DNA of 64,000 nt from Fibrobacteria bacterium (GCA_035913415.1 JAMIIV010000004.1:57767-121766), one strand, 5' to 3'. Positions 31,014-41,080 are shown, counted from the stretch's first letter. A program made the numbers and translations. The notes: generated by a model not told the origin, from the sequence alone.

Positions 31014-31383
31014 TCTGGATCCTTCCGGAAAGCTGCATGTCGCGGCCGTGTGCGGTTCGCGACGGGATTGGACAGAGTCCCAATCTAGTTCGGCAGGCAT
31101 GTTCCGGCTCGTCCTCGTGTTCCGATCCCCAGGTCCGGAAAACCGGATCCTCCAGTCTTTCGCCATGCTCTTTCCGGATCCGCGAATCGACATAGCGCCG
31201 CATCGCCGATGGCGGCGCGGTCGGAGCCTCGCTGATGACAGATTCTGGCAAATGATCCGGATTTCCGGATCCTGTTGGCGACCTGCAACTCCCCATGACC
31301 AAAGGGGTTGCGGCGGAAAGAGACTGTTTCCAACGGCGTTCTCCGTATATCTTTTTGCGTATCAATCTCATTTCGGGAGTCAC

Positions 31384-32424
31384 ATGGCCAACAAGAAGAA
31401 GCCCCTTCCCACCGGGGCCGGAGTCCTCGCCTCGACCCAGCCCCTCCCCGACTACGGGACGGCACCCGAGCTTTCGCGCGCCGATCGCCTGGAGTGGTAC
31501 CGCCTCATGTACCTCACGCGAAAGTTCGAGGAGCGCACCTACCAGAGCTACCAGACCGGACTCATTGGCGGATTCTGTCATCTCTACAACGGGCAGGAAG
31601 CCGTGGCCGCCGGCACCTTCGCCGCCATCACCGACGCCGATCCGGTCATCACCGCCTACCGCGACCACGCGCACGGCCTGATGCGTGGCGTCCAGATGGG
31701 CCCCGCTTTCGCCGAGATGTACGGCCGCGCCACCGGCGTGGTGAAGGGCAAGGGCGGCTCCATGCACTTCTTCAACGTCGAAAAGCAGATGTACGGCGGC
31801 CACGGCATCGTGGGCGGCCAGACGGCCTTGGGACTTGGCCTGGCCTTTGCCACCAAGTATCTCGGCGAGAAGAAGGTGTGCTACTGCTACATGGGCGACG
31901 GCGCCGTGAACCAGGGCGCCTTCCACGAGTCGCTGAACCTGGCGCAGCTCATGGGCATCCCCGTCATCTACGTGATCGAGAACAACATGTACTCGATGGG
32001 CACGGCCGTCGAGCGCCACTCGGCGCCCGTCGAGCTCTACAAACGCGCCGCCGGCTACGATATGCTCGGCGTCCGCGCCGAGGGCATGGATTTCGACCAG
32101 GTGCGCCAGGTCGCCTGGACCCTCGCCGAGCGCGCCCGCAAGGAGAACCTGCCGGCCATCCTGGAGCTCATGACCTACCGCTACCGCGGCCACTCCATGA
32201 GCGACCCGCAGTACTACCGCTCCAAGGACGAGGTCGAAGAGTACCGTAAACACGATCCGGTCGAGATCTTGCGCGCGCGGATCCTCTCGGAGGGAACCGT
32301 CAACGAGAAGGATCTCGACGCTCTGGAAGAGAAGGTGCGCAAGGAGGTCGCCGTCGCCCACGAGTGGGCCCTGGCCTCGCCGTACCCCGCCCAGTCCGAG
32401 ATCTACACCGACATCTACGCCTGA
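31384..32424 (+). CDS. pdhA: pyruvate dehydrogenase E1 component alpha subunit
   Basis: Internal Met MANKKKPLPTGAG... TPP-binding GDGAVNQG motif. GGGAG ribosome-binding site. 346 aa. Confidence 0.9.
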   Translation: MANKKKPLPTGAGVLASTQPLPDYGTAPELSRADRLEWYRLMYLTRKFEERTYQSYQTGLIGGFCHLYNGQEAVAAGTFAAITDADPVITAYRDHAHGLMRGVQMGPAFAEMYGRATGVVKGKGGSMHFFNVEKQMYGGHGIVGGQTALGLGLAFATKYLGEKKVCYCYMGDGAVNQGAFHESLNLAQLMGIPVIYVIENNMYSMGTAVERHSAPVELYKRAAGYDMLGVRAEGMDFDQVRQVAWTLAERARKENLPAILELMTYRYRGHSMSDPQYYRSKDEVEEYRKHDPVEILRARILSEGTVNEKDLDALEEKVRKEVAVAHEWALASPYPAQSEIYTDIYA

Positions 32425-32437
32425 GGAGACCGACACC

Positions 32438-33412
32438 GTGGCCAAGATCGCCTATCGTGACGCTGTCCGCGACGCCATGGCCGAGGAGATGACCCGCGAT
32501 TCCCGCGTGTTCCTCATCGGCGAGGAAGTCGCCCAGTACAACGGAGCCTACAAGTGCTCCAAGGGACTTCTCGACAAGTTCGGTCCCGACCGCATCATCG
32601 ACTCGCCCATCTCGGAGGCCGGATTCGCCGGACTCTGCATCGGGGCGGCCATGTACGGCCTGCGTCCCATCGCCGAGTTCATGACGTTCTCGTTCTCGTT
32701 CGTGGCCTTCGACCAGATCGTGAACAACGCCGCCCAGATCCGCTACATGAGCGGCGGCCAGATCAAGATCCCGATGGTCTTCCGCGGCAACTCGGGTGGA
32801 GGGCACCAGATCGGTGCCACCCACTCGCATGCCCCCGAGAACATCTACTCCACGTTCCCCGGCCTGAAGGTCGTGGTGCCGGCCTTCGCCGCCGACGCCA
32901 AGGGGCTTCTCAAGAGCGCCATCCGCGACGACAACCCCGTGCTCGTCATCGAGAACGAGGCCCTGTACGGTCGCGAATCCGAAGTGCCCGAAGGCGAGTA
33001 CCTCACGCCCATCGGCAAGGCCAACATCCTGCAGGACGGCGTCGATCTCACCATCGTGACACACGGGCGCAGTTGCTGGACGGTGCTGGAAGCCAACCAG
33101 GAACTGCTCAAGATGGGCATCCGGGCCGAGATCATCGACCTTCGCTCCATCAAGCCGCTGGACTGGCCCACGGTGTTCCAGTCGGTGCGCAAGACCCACC
33201 GCCTGGTCTGTGTGGACGAAACCAAGCCCTTCTGCGGCGTCTCGTCCCAAGTCGCGGCCGAAGTCGGTCGCGCCTGCTTCGACCACCTCGATGCGCCCAT
33301 CCTGCGTGTCACCTCCGTCGAAGCTCCCATGCCCTTCTCGTCGGCCCTGGAAGACGAGTGCATCCCCAACGTGGCCCGCATCATCGAGGCCGTGAAGCAG
33401 GTGGTTGCCTGA
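32438..33412 (+). CDS. pdhB: pyruvate dehydrogenase E1 component beta subunit
   Basis: GTG start preceded by GGAG. MAKIAYRDAVRDAMAEEM... is typical of E1-beta (transketolase-like). 324 aa. Confidence 0.9.
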   Translation: MAKIAYRDAVRDAMAEEMTRDSRVFLIGEEVAQYNGAYKCSKGLLDKFGPDRIIDSPISEAGFAGLCIGAAMYGLRPIAEFMTFSFSFVAFDQIVNNAAQIRYMSGGQIKIPMVFRGNSGGGHQIGATHSHAPENIYSTFPGLKVVVPAFAADAKGLLKSAIRDDNPVLVIENEALYGRESEVPEGEYLTPIGKANILQDGVDLTIVTHGRSCWTVLEANQELLKMGIRAEIIDLRSIKPLDWPTVFQSVRKTHRLVCVDETKPFCGVSSQVAAEVGRACFDHLDAPILRVTSVEAPMPFSSALEDECIPNVARIIEAVKQVVA

Positions 33413-34803
33413 TGGCTAACGCGATTCTCATGCCCCGCATGTCCGACTCCATGGTGGAGGGGACGCTCACGAAGTGGCTCAAGCAGGAAGGCGACGTCCT
33501 GAAGAACGGCGACCTCATCGCCGAGATCGAGACCGACAAGGCCACCCAGGAAGTGGAGTGCTTCGAACCGGGCGTCCTGCTGAAGCAGACCGTCGCGGCC
33601 GGTGGTGTGGTCCCCGTGGGTGGACCCATCTGCATCGTGGGCGCCGCGGGCGAAGACATCAGCGCGTTGCTGGCCAAGGCCGCCACGGACACCTCCATCC
33701 AGTCGTCGAAGGTGAAGGCCGAAAGCTCCACCAAGGCCGCCGACGAGAAGCGCGCGCCCGTGGCGCCGCCGTCGGAACCGTCGGCACCCGTGACACCGGT
33801 CCAGCCCATCATCGCCGCCGAGTTCAAGAACGCCGCGCGTGGTGCGGTCATCGAGGGCCAGGCCACCGATCAGGCCGTCGCCGAAGGGGAACTCGAAGGC
33901 CGCCTGCGCGCCTCGCCCCTGGCCCGCAAGCTGGCCGCCGAAAAGGGCATCAGCCTCTACCAGGTCAAGGGCACCGGCCCTGGCGGGCGCATCAACATCC
34001 AGGACGTGCAGGACGCCCTGGATGGCAAGGGCGGCGTCCGTGCAGCCCTGGCTCCCGTCGAAGGGGGAGCCGGTGCGGCATTCGCACCGGTGTCGTCCCA
34101 GCGCACGGGCACCGACGAGAAGATCCCGCTGTCGAACATGCGCAAGACCATCGCACGCCGCCTCCAGGAGAGCAAGCAGCAGGTCCCGCACTTCTACAGC
34201 ACGATCGAGGTGGACGCCGAGCCCATGCAGGCCTTCCGCGAGCAGCTCAACGCGGGTCTGTCCAAGACCGCGGGGGCGCTCAAGCTGTCGGTCAACGATC
34301 TGGTCCTGAAGGCCGTGGCCCTGGCGGCCAAGGAAGTTCCCGAGGTCAACGCGGCCTGGGAAGGTGATTCCATCACCCGTTTCGCGGCGGTGCATGTTTC
34401 GTTCGCGGTCTCGCTTCCCACCGGGCTCATCACTCCGGTGGTGCGCGACGCCGACATCAAGCCGCTCAAGCAGGTGGCCATCGAGGCGAAGGAACTGGGC
34501 AAACGCGCCAAGGAGAAGGGCCTCAAGCCCGACGAATTCACCGGCGGCACCATCACGGTCTCGAACCTCGGCATGTTCGGCGTGGATTCGTTCCAGGCCA
34601 TCGTGAATCCCCCGCAGGCGCTCATCGTCGCGGTGGCGAGCATCCTCGAGAAGCCCGTGGTGAAGGGCGGCCAGATCGTGGTCGGCCACACCATGAAGCT
34701 CACCGTGTCCGGCGACCACCGCGCCGTCGACGGCTCGGACGGCGCCAAGTTCCTGGTGGCGCTCAAGAACATCCTCGAGAATCCCACGCTCCTGGTGCTC
34801 TGA
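33412..34803 (+). CDS. pdhC: dihydrolipoamide acetyltransferase (E2) of the pyruvate dehydrogenase complex
   Basis: TGATG overlap with the pdhB stop. Lipoyl domain (IETDKAT), E3-binding domain, and catalytic DHRAVDG motif. Confidence 0.85.
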   Translation: MANAILMPRMSDSMVEGTLTKWLKQEGDVLKNGDLIAEIETDKATQEVECFEPGVLLKQTVAAGGVVPVGGPICIVGAAGEDISALLAKAATDTSIQSSKVKAESSTKAADEKRAPVAPPSEPSAPVTPVQPIIAAEFKNAARGAVIEGQATDQAVAEGELEGRLRASPLARKLAAEKGISLYQVKGTGPGGRINIQDVQDALDGKGGVRAALAPVEGGAGAAFAPVSSQRTGTDEKIPLSNMRKTIARRLQESKQQVPHFYSTIEVDAEPMQAFREQLNAGLSKTAGALKLSVNDLVLKAVALAAKEVPEVNAAWEGDSITRFAAVHVSFAVSLPTGLITPVVRDADIKPLKQVAIEAKELGKRAKEKGLKPDEFTGGTITVSNLGMFGVDSFQAIVNPPQALIVAVASILEKPVVKGGQIVVGHTMKLTVSGDHRAVDGSDGAKFLVALKNILENPTLLVL

Positions 34804-34833
34804 GCCACACTGCCGCCCTGACGGAAAATGTCG

Positions 34834-34874
34834 AAGGCCCCCGTCCGGTGATCCCGGGCGGGGGCTTTCTTGTT
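34834..34874 (+). terminator. rho-independent terminator after E2 (stem AAGGCCCCCG...CGGGGGCTT followed by TTTCTTGTT)
   Basis: Read from the sequence. The same hairpin occurs at 40496..40530 on the opposite strand. Confidence 0.55.
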
Positions 34875-34919
34875 GGAGTACATCGAGGAGAGATCGGGCT
34901 GGGCCGTCCGGAGCTGGGA

Positions 34920-35615
34920 TCAGGTTCCTGAGAACGCGATGAGCAGAGCCGCCCGGATAGGCAAGGTGACCAGGAAGATGAAGGCCTGGACGGGGCTCGT
35001 GACGATGTCCGCCGGCACCGAGAGGAAATAGAGAGCCTTCAGCGAGGAGGACTCGGCCTGGTCCACACGAGTTATGCGGCGAGGGGTCTTCACGTACACT
35101 GACACCCACAGGTTCCGCCCCTTCTCGCGGTAGATCATCATCGCTTGATGATTCACCAAGCCGAACACGGTGGAGTCTCCTGGCGAGGGGAGGGAAACCA
35201 GACACAGCAGGGCATTCGCGGGGACGCCCTCCGATTCCTCGGCGACGAATCCTCTGGGATTGGTTCCGATCACCAGGTCCAGTCCTGCCGGGAGGTTTCC
35301 GGATGGTCCCGACCCGGGTGATTCGACGGACCGAGGCGATGGCGGCTGATCGGATAGGGTCGCGTTATCCCCGGGGGATGTCGGGAGCTGTAGCCAGATG
35401 CTGTCGCTTGCCACTGCGATCAGGTAGAGATGATCCCCGACCCTCGGGCAGAAGAGCCGGGATGGCTCCGCCGGCAAGCGGAAGAACAGAGTGTCTCCAA
35501 AGGCCTCGTTCACCCAGCGGGATTCCTCGATCCTGCTGCGGACGTTCGCCGTGAAGAAGCACCCTGCGAGCAGAAGCGGGCAAAGGCCGAGAAATGCGAA
35601 GCGGGGCGCTCTCAT
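34920..35615 (-). CDS. lipoprotein of unknown function with hydrophobic C-terminus (231 aa)
   Basis: Internal Met MRAPRFAFLGLCPLLLAGC (lipobox). ATGA overlap with the upstream gene stop. Slightly lower local GC. Confidence 0.5.
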   Translation of the reverse strand: MRAPRFAFLGLCPLLLAGCFFTANVRSRIEESRWVNEAFGDTLFFRLPAEPSRLFCPRVGDHLYLIAVASDSIWLQLPTSPGDNATLSDQPPSPRSVESPGSGPSGNLPAGLDLVIGTNPRGFVAEESEGVPANALLCLVSLPSPGDSTVFGLVNHQAMMIYREKGRNLWVSVYVKTPRRITRVDQAESSSLKALYFLSVPADIVTSPVQAFIFLVTLPIRAALLIAFSGT

Positions 35616-36412
35616 GGCCAATCTCCCCCCCTCTCCAGGCGCTTGGCCACGAGATCGAGAACCACAACGTAGGGATGATGCGGATTCCTTTCTCTGCTGC
35701 GTTCGCCGTGTCGGAATCCAAGGGTCATGCGCAATGGCTGGCCTGGTCTCCAATGCCGTGCGAGGAACTCCTCGTAGGGTTCGAGTCGCCTGCCCCGCTC
35801 CTCTCCCACCTCCTTCAGGGAGTCTTCGGGAAGGTCGAATCCGTTAACCGAGCGCACTTTGAGCGTAACGGCCAAGTCGGGAGTGTTGCGTCCCAGGGGG
35901 AACTCGTTGAACCGGTAAACCGAGAAGAAGAGGGGGATTTCGAGTGTGTCGAGCGGAATGGTCCGTCCTGGGCCCTCGTCACCCCGCCGGTAGTCGTACT
36001 CTCCGGGGATTCCTTCGGACAGGATGATGCCCAGGAACAGTGGCTCGTTGCGTTCGGCACAGGGATCGAGCCTGTAGTACACGTGGAATACGGGGTAGGC
36101 GAGAATCGAGTCACGCGGTGCGGAAGGGCCGCGCAGGGGAGCATGATGGGGCCAGGATTCCATCATGCCGGGCAAGGCCTGGAAGGCCTTGGGTCGCGGG
36201 GTCTCCAGACGGGTCTTCGGAAGGAGCATCGGGCAGGAGGCTTCGGGAGACCGGATCCATGGGCTCGTCTGGGATCGGAGATCAAGGATCGGTCGGTTTT
36301 TCGCCGGAGACTGGGAACACAAACAGAGGATTGTCGCCAGGAAAAGGAACTGCGACTTAGGCAATGCAGTGCGTGCCGTTTCGGGGAGGGCGGGACGAGG
36401 GGAATGTCGCAT
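35612..36412 (-). CDS. hypothetical secreted protein (266 aa as called; possible TTG start giving MPKSQFLFLATILCLCSQSPA signal peptide)
   Basis: Non-repetitive composition with a signal-like hydrophobic segment. Translationally coupled to the 34920 lipoprotein gene. The start is uncertain. Confidence 0.45.
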   Translation of the reverse strand: MRHSPRPALPETARTALPKSQFLFLATILCLCSQSPAKNRPILDLRSQTSPWIRSPEASCPMLLPKTRLETPRPKAFQALPGMMESWPHHAPLRGPSAPRDSILAYPVFHVYYRLDPCAERNEPLFLGIILSEGIPGEYDYRRGDEGPGRTIPLDTLEIPLFFSVYRFNEFPLGRNTPDLAVTLKVRSVNGFDLPEDSLKEVGEERGRRLEPYEEFLARHWRPGQPLRMTLGFRHGERSRERNPHHPYVVVLDLVAKRLERGGDWP

Positions 36413-36443
36413 GTGACGCGAAATTAGGAATCGCAGCCCGGGA

Positions 36444-38651
36444 TCAGGGAGCGGGTACGAGAAATGCTCGGCGCGTGGCGGGAGAGGTCATCTCGACGAC
36501 GATCGCCCCCCGGGCGGGTGGCAGTTCCAGGCGGGCCACTCCGTCACCGGAGCGGGACGAAGACAAAATTCGACCGTCGAGCGAGCGGCACCGGAAGTGC
36601 GTATCCTGACCTGGACCGATGCCCTCGATTTCGAGGGTGTTCCCGTCGATCCTCCGCCAGCGGGGAACGATCCTGTGGGAGGAGGTCGTGGCCGCGGAGG
36701 ATTGGCAGGGTTTTCCCGGAGGGCACCAGAGGTAGGCGAAGATCTTCCCCTTTCCGTCCTCCTCGGCAAAGACGACGCGTTCGCCATTGGACCGGACGGT
36801 CACGGTCAAGGGGTGGAAGATGTCCGTCGCGCCCGCGTACCAGCCTACGGTGGAATCGGGAGCCAGATGCCCGATCCGCTCGCCCGTCGCCAGCGACAGC
36901 ACCGAGATCTCTCCGCGGCATCGCATGGTCCCGCCCTTGGGACCTTTGGAGCCTTCGAGGTCGATGCACAGGGCGTCCGGACCGCGGTCGCCGTGGGCGA
37001 CGTACACGAACTCGGAATCGGCGGTGAATCCCGCGGGGAGGATCATGTCGTAGGTGTTCACGTCCAGGCGAGGAAGCACCGCAGGGCCGCTGTCGAGGTA
37101 GGGAAAGGAGATGCGGGAGGACCGGCGGTTGACGGAATCCGACCAGTTGCGGATGGCATGCAGGAAACTCGGGTACTTGCTTTCCGATCCCGAGATCAGC
37201 ATGAGGTCGATGTCCTGGAGGTAGCGCAGGCGCAGGGCGTCTCCGGAGCCTTCCGTGAAAGGCACGACCTCCTTCCGGATGGCGGCCAGGTTCCAGCGGG
37301 GAACGCCGCTCGGGTCGACTCCGGCGAAGGGCATGACTGTGATGCCGCGCCCCCCCAGGCGGATGGTGCCGTCGTCGGCGATGTCGATGGCCTTCACATA
37401 GGGGTAGACGATGTCGAACAGGGCGAATTCCCGCGTCTGCACGCGCCCGTCGCCATCGAGATCCTGCCAGGCCCAGCGGCGATTCAGGGGGGTGCCGGCC
37501 GGGATGGAAGGACGGATGGAATCCATCCAGGGACCGGCCGAGGTGCCGGCAACGGTGAATACGGCGCAGGGTGCCGCGATTTCCTCTCCCGGAAGAATGC
37601 GGAACACGGCCAGGTAGTCGGATCGCATGGAAGTGGTGAACAGGAATCTGCGACCGTCCAGGATGCGGATCCAGGCGGTGGCCATGGGAGCCTGGAGTCG
37701 GATGTCGTCCGGGAATCGGAACGGATCGAGAGAAACGCCGGCGAAGGTCCAGGACCTTCCCGGGGGTCGTGTCCAGTCCATCGCGAAGCGCTTGGAGACC
37801 ATGTGGACCGAGCGCCCTTCCGTTCCGGGTTCGGCTTCGGCGGAATTGACGAAGGCGAGTCCCTGGACCTGCCACAGCAAGGACGAATCCTGTCCGGAAA
37901 AAACGCGGATGTCTGTGCCGCCCATGGTCTGCATGGGGATGCCCGTGTTGCCCACGTAGACGTTCCCGGCACTGTCCACCCCGACCCCGCGGATGCCCCA
38001 GAATCGCCGGGGACCGGTAGCACCGGGGACGGGCCCGGCGAAGACGCCGCCGCGGACGCCGAACGTACGCGACCTGGTCCAGCCTCCCGGTCCGCGTGCG
38101 AGGATCTTGATGTCCTGGTCGGGTCCGTTGTCGGCCACCAGCAGATTGCCGGCAAGGTCGAAGGCGATGGCGGTGGGGTCTTCGATGCTCCGGAAGGTCG
38201 TGCCATCGTTGCAGGCCACGTGGGGGGTGGAGTCGCCGACCGGAGGAGGGGGAAGCTTGTACAGGAAGGCGCGGCCGTAGAAGTTCTCGATCCGGCAGGT
38301 GTCCCGCCCCCGCGCCGCCATCCTGGACGTGGTGTTTGCCAGCCACCAGTTCTTGTCAATGCGGCGGCCGTTGTGGTAGGCCGCGTTGGGGGCATGTCCC
38401 TCGTCCCAGAAGCTCTTCGTGAGCACCAGGGGCTTAGGGAACTGGTGTCCCGGCACATACACGACGGACATGTCCTCGATGAAGTTCTGGATGTGGTCCT
38501 CGGGCCTGCCGGAAGTGTTGGCCAGCCAGTGGATGGTGGCCGGCAAACGCGGCGAGGCGGCCGACAGCAGATCCAGGGAGGCGAGAAGGATGGACAGGAT
38601 CAACGGGATTCCTCCGCCAGGAAACGCCCTGCACCGGGCAGTGGCCGCCAT
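36444..38651 (-). CDS. secreted NHL-repeat/beta-propeller protein with C-terminal sorting-domain-like tail (735 aa)
   Basis: Internal Met of the spurious 1378-aa ORF. Signal peptide MAATARCRAFPGGGIPLILSILLASLDLLSAASP. NHL-like repeats (DLAGNLLVADNG, VDSAGNVYVGNTG). Confidence 0.6.
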   Translation of the reverse strand: MAATARCRAFPGGGIPLILSILLASLDLLSAASPRLPATIHWLANTSGRPEDHIQNFIEDMSVVYVPGHQFPKPLVLTKSFWDEGHAPNAAYHNGRRIDKNWWLANTTSRMAARGRDTCRIENFYGRAFLYKLPPPPVGDSTPHVACNDGTTFRSIEDPTAIAFDLAGNLLVADNGPDQDIKILARGPGGWTRSRTFGVRGGVFAGPVPGATGPRRFWGIRGVGVDSAGNVYVGNTGIPMQTMGGTDIRVFSGQDSSLLWQVQGLAFVNSAEAEPGTEGRSVHMVSKRFAMDWTRPPGRSWTFAGVSLDPFRFPDDIRLQAPMATAWIRILDGRRFLFTTSMRSDYLAVFRILPGEEIAAPCAVFTVAGTSAGPWMDSIRPSIPAGTPLNRRWAWQDLDGDGRVQTREFALFDIVYPYVKAIDIADDGTIRLGGRGITVMPFAGVDPSGVPRWNLAAIRKEVVPFTEGSGDALRLRYLQDIDLMLISGSESKYPSFLHAIRNWSDSVNRRSSRISFPYLDSGPAVLPRLDVNTYDMILPAGFTADSEFVYVAHGDRGPDALCIDLEGSKGPKGGTMRCRGEISVLSLATGERIGHLAPDSTVGWYAGATDIFHPLTVTVRSNGERVVFAEEDGKGKIFAYLWCPPGKPCQSSAATTSSHRIVPRWRRIDGNTLEIEGIGPGQDTHFRCRSLDGRILSSSRSGDGVARLELPPARGAIVVEMTSPATRRAFLVPAP

Positions 38652-40405
38652 ACCCCAGGATGGGAGCCCGCGATCCGGCAGAAGGCCATCCCTCGCGGGG
38701 GAGTGAAACTGCCGGATGGACCGGCGATACGGACCAGGTTCGTGCCGCGCAGGTCCCGGACTTCGAAGGTCGCTCCGTCGGGGATGCCTTCCACCAGGAA
38801 CCTTCCGTTCCGCGGAAAAATCCGGAGGGTAGAGTTTGCCGCACCCTTGCGGCGGGGCTTGGCTTCGCCGATCGAGGCCGGGGGCGCATTGCGTTGGAAC
38901 AGGCTCAACAGCAGCGCTTTCCGGTCGGTCTCCTGATCGCCGCGCAGGTCCTCCATCGTTTCGGTGTGCTCGACACTCCACCCGTGGAATTCGCGGTAGG
39001 CGTGGTAGGTCCAGTCCCAGCCTTCGTGTTCCAGGATGGCCGTGACGTCGCGCAGCCACTTGGTGGCGCTTCCCTGCGGAGCCCAGCGAATGCAGGAGAA
39101 CTCGCCGACATAGATCGGGACCCGGTAGCGATTCTGGTACTCCACGGCGGGGCGCATGGCCTGGTGGAGCCGTGCCGAGTCGTAGGCGATCCCGTCGATG
39201 GTGCCGGGATAGATCGCACCAATAGGGGGGGAGGTCGGTCCGATGCCCTGGTGCGTGAGGGTGTAGGGTCGGTAGAAATGGAAGGAGTAGACGATGTTGC
39301 GCAGGTCCCATCCTCGATCCGATCCGAGGGGGCGCAACTGGGCGAAGCGTTCCAGATCGGAGAGTACGGGTTCCACGACGATGGGGGTTTCGGGATCCAC
39401 CGACCGGATGGCGCGGCAGAGGGTGTCGGCCAGTTCGTTCCAAAGCAGGGCTCCTTCGCGCCACTGTCCTTCGGGAGGTTCGTTGGCCAGGTCGTATCCG
39501 ACCACGACCTCCTGGTCCTTGTACCGTTGCGCGATGCGCTTCCAGGCCGAGATCAGCTTGCCCTGGGCGGATCGACTCAGGAAGAGTCCGCTGGACATCT
39601 GGTGCATCTCCAGGATGAGATGCACTCCATGGGCTTGGCAATGCGGGAGCGCCTGGTCGATGCGCGACAATTCCCGCTCCAGGAAGATCTCGTAGTCGGG
39701 ATGCAGCAACGCGGTGTCGATCCCCGACCCGGCGTTCATCTGCCAGCGCATCACGTTGCCTTTCCAAGCGGACCCGAATACGGCGATCGAGGCGGAATCG
39801 ATCGGGGTCTTCGTCATCACGCCGCGAAGCCGGGGCCCGAACGGCCGCGCAATGGGGAGCAGACTGTCCCGGGCGGGGGGCATCACCGCGGATCCGATCC
39901 GGTCGATACGAATGCTGTCGAAGAGTACCGTTCCGGACATCGATTCCAGACCCAGCGTGAGATCCGCACGGGTGGCCTTTTCGGGGATCGTCACGATCAT
40001 CGAGGATCGGGTCCATCCATAAGCCCCGAGCGTGTCCGGCCACGGCAATTGGGGATTGCTGGAGGTCCCGTCGGCCCGTTTCACGCCCAGCATGACCTTC
40101 ACCCCGTTGAAGTGGCGGGGCTTGGCGGACAAGCCGAAAGCGCGTGAACAAGCCGAGACCCGGTAGATGCCTCCGGCGACGGAATCCGTCCCGAGGGCAT
40201 GGGAGATGTAGGTCGCCGACAGGCTGTCGATCCGCGTCACCTGGAGCGCCGTGCGCCCGGAATCGAGAACCAGGCGGTAGCGAGAGGAGTCGGCGAACAG
40301 CGCGCGGGTCTGCTCGTAGGTGTCGAAGTCGGCTTCCAGGGCCACGGTGCTGGAAAGGCCAAATGACAGCACAATGGGAACGATGCGTGAAAGCTGCGAA
40401 GTCAT
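38600..40405 (-). CDS. glycoside hydrolase family 5 (cellulase/mannanase-type) with C-terminal sorting-domain-like tail
   Basis: Signal peptide MTSQLSRIVPIVLSFGLSSTVA. GH5 catalytic motifs VVGYDLANEP (acid/base NEP) and YVGEFS (nucleophile). Overlaps the downstream gene start by 52 nt. Confidence 0.8.
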   Translation of the reverse strand: MTSQLSRIVPIVLSFGLSSTVALEADFDTYEQTRALFADSSRYRLVLDSGRTALQVTRIDSLSATYISHALGTDSVAGGIYRVSACSRAFGLSAKPRHFNGVKVMLGVKRADGTSSNPQLPWPDTLGAYGWTRSSMIVTIPEKATRADLTLGLESMSGTVLFDSIRIDRIGSAVMPPARDSLLPIARPFGPRLRGVMTKTPIDSASIAVFGSAWKGNVMRWQMNAGSGIDTALLHPDYEIFLERELSRIDQALPHCQAHGVHLILEMHQMSSGLFLSRSAQGKLISAWKRIAQRYKDQEVVVGYDLANEPPEGQWREGALLWNELADTLCRAIRSVDPETPIVVEPVLSDLERFAQLRPLGSDRGWDLRNIVYSFHFYRPYTLTHQGIGPTSPPIGAIYPGTIDGIAYDSARLHQAMRPAVEYQNRYRVPIYVGEFSCIRWAPQGSATKWLRDVTAILEHEGWDWTYHAYREFHGWSVEHTETMEDLRGDQETDRKALLLSLFQRNAPPASIGEAKPRRKGAANSTLRIFPRNGRFLVEGIPDGATFEVRDLRGTNLVRIAGPSGSFTPPRGMAFCRIAGSHPGVWRPLPGAGRFLAEESR

Positions 40406-40480
40406 GGGCGACACCTGGAATGCGGGCGAGCGGGATCGGGGAGAGCCCGAGGAGATCATTGTACCACCACACGGAAGACG

Positions 40481-40530
40481 TGCAACAAAACGTCAAAGGC
40501 CCCCGTCCGGTGATCCCGGTCGGGGGCCTT
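40481..40530 (-). terminator. rho-independent terminator (minus strand) after the 40564..40998 gene, using the same 34-nt hairpin as at 34834
   Basis: Minus-strand read: AAGGCCCCCGACCGGGATCACCGGACGGGGGCCTT followed by TGACGTTTTGTTG. Confidence 0.5.
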
Positions 40531-40563
40531 GTCGCATGGAGGACTGCGGCGGGGTGGGAAGGG

Positions 40564-40998
40564 TCAGCGGACCTGGGCACCCTTGCCGGCTTTGCGCTCG
40601 GCCTTGCGTGCCTTGGCGGCGGCCTTGTGTCCGGCGCGCTCCTGCTTGTGCTCGGCGGTCATGGCGGCGTTTTCGGCCTTGTGCTCGGCGTGGAGGGCCT
40701 TCTTCTCGGCCTTGTGTTCGGCCTTGAGGGCGGTCATCTTGGCACGCAGCTCGGTGCGCTTGGCGGAATCTCCGCCGGCGGCCTGGATCTCCTGGCGGAG
40801 GGCTTGGCGCTCGGCCTGGTGCTCGGTCTGCAGGGCGTGGCGCTCCCCTTGGTTGCCAGCGTGCATCTGCGCCCGTTCGCCATGGTTGGCGGTGCGGATC
40901 GAGTCACGGACAGGCGAGACACCGGTGGAGTCTCCCGCCTGGGCGGTGAAGGGGAGGATCAGACCGGCGAGGAGGGCGATGGTGGTGTTCTTGTTCAT
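40564..40998 (-). CDS. small secreted His/Lys/Ala/Glu-rich repeat protein (possible periplasmic metal-binding/stress protein)
   Basis: Signal peptide MNKNTTIALLAGLILPFTAQA. Repeated AEHKAE-type motifs. Confidence 0.55.
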   Translation of the reverse strand: MNKNTTIALLAGLILPFTAQAGDSTGVSPVRDSIRTANHGERAQMHAGNQGERHALQTEHQAERQALRQEIQAAGGDSAKRTELRAKMTALKAEHKAEKKALHAEHKAENAAMTAEHKQERAGHKAAAKARKAERKAGKGAQVR

Positions 40999-41080
40999 TG
41001 GGAGGCTCCATTCCTGGGTCGTGCGAAGGGGTTTCGGAGGTTTCGGCCATTTGGCCAGCGGCCTTCTTGCACATCATCCT

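Noticed and set aside
36444-40580. 1378-aa ORF
   Set aside because: The N-terminal 643 codons are antisense or out-of-frame shadow of the GH5 gene (38600..40405). The real protein starts at MAATARCRAF... (38651).
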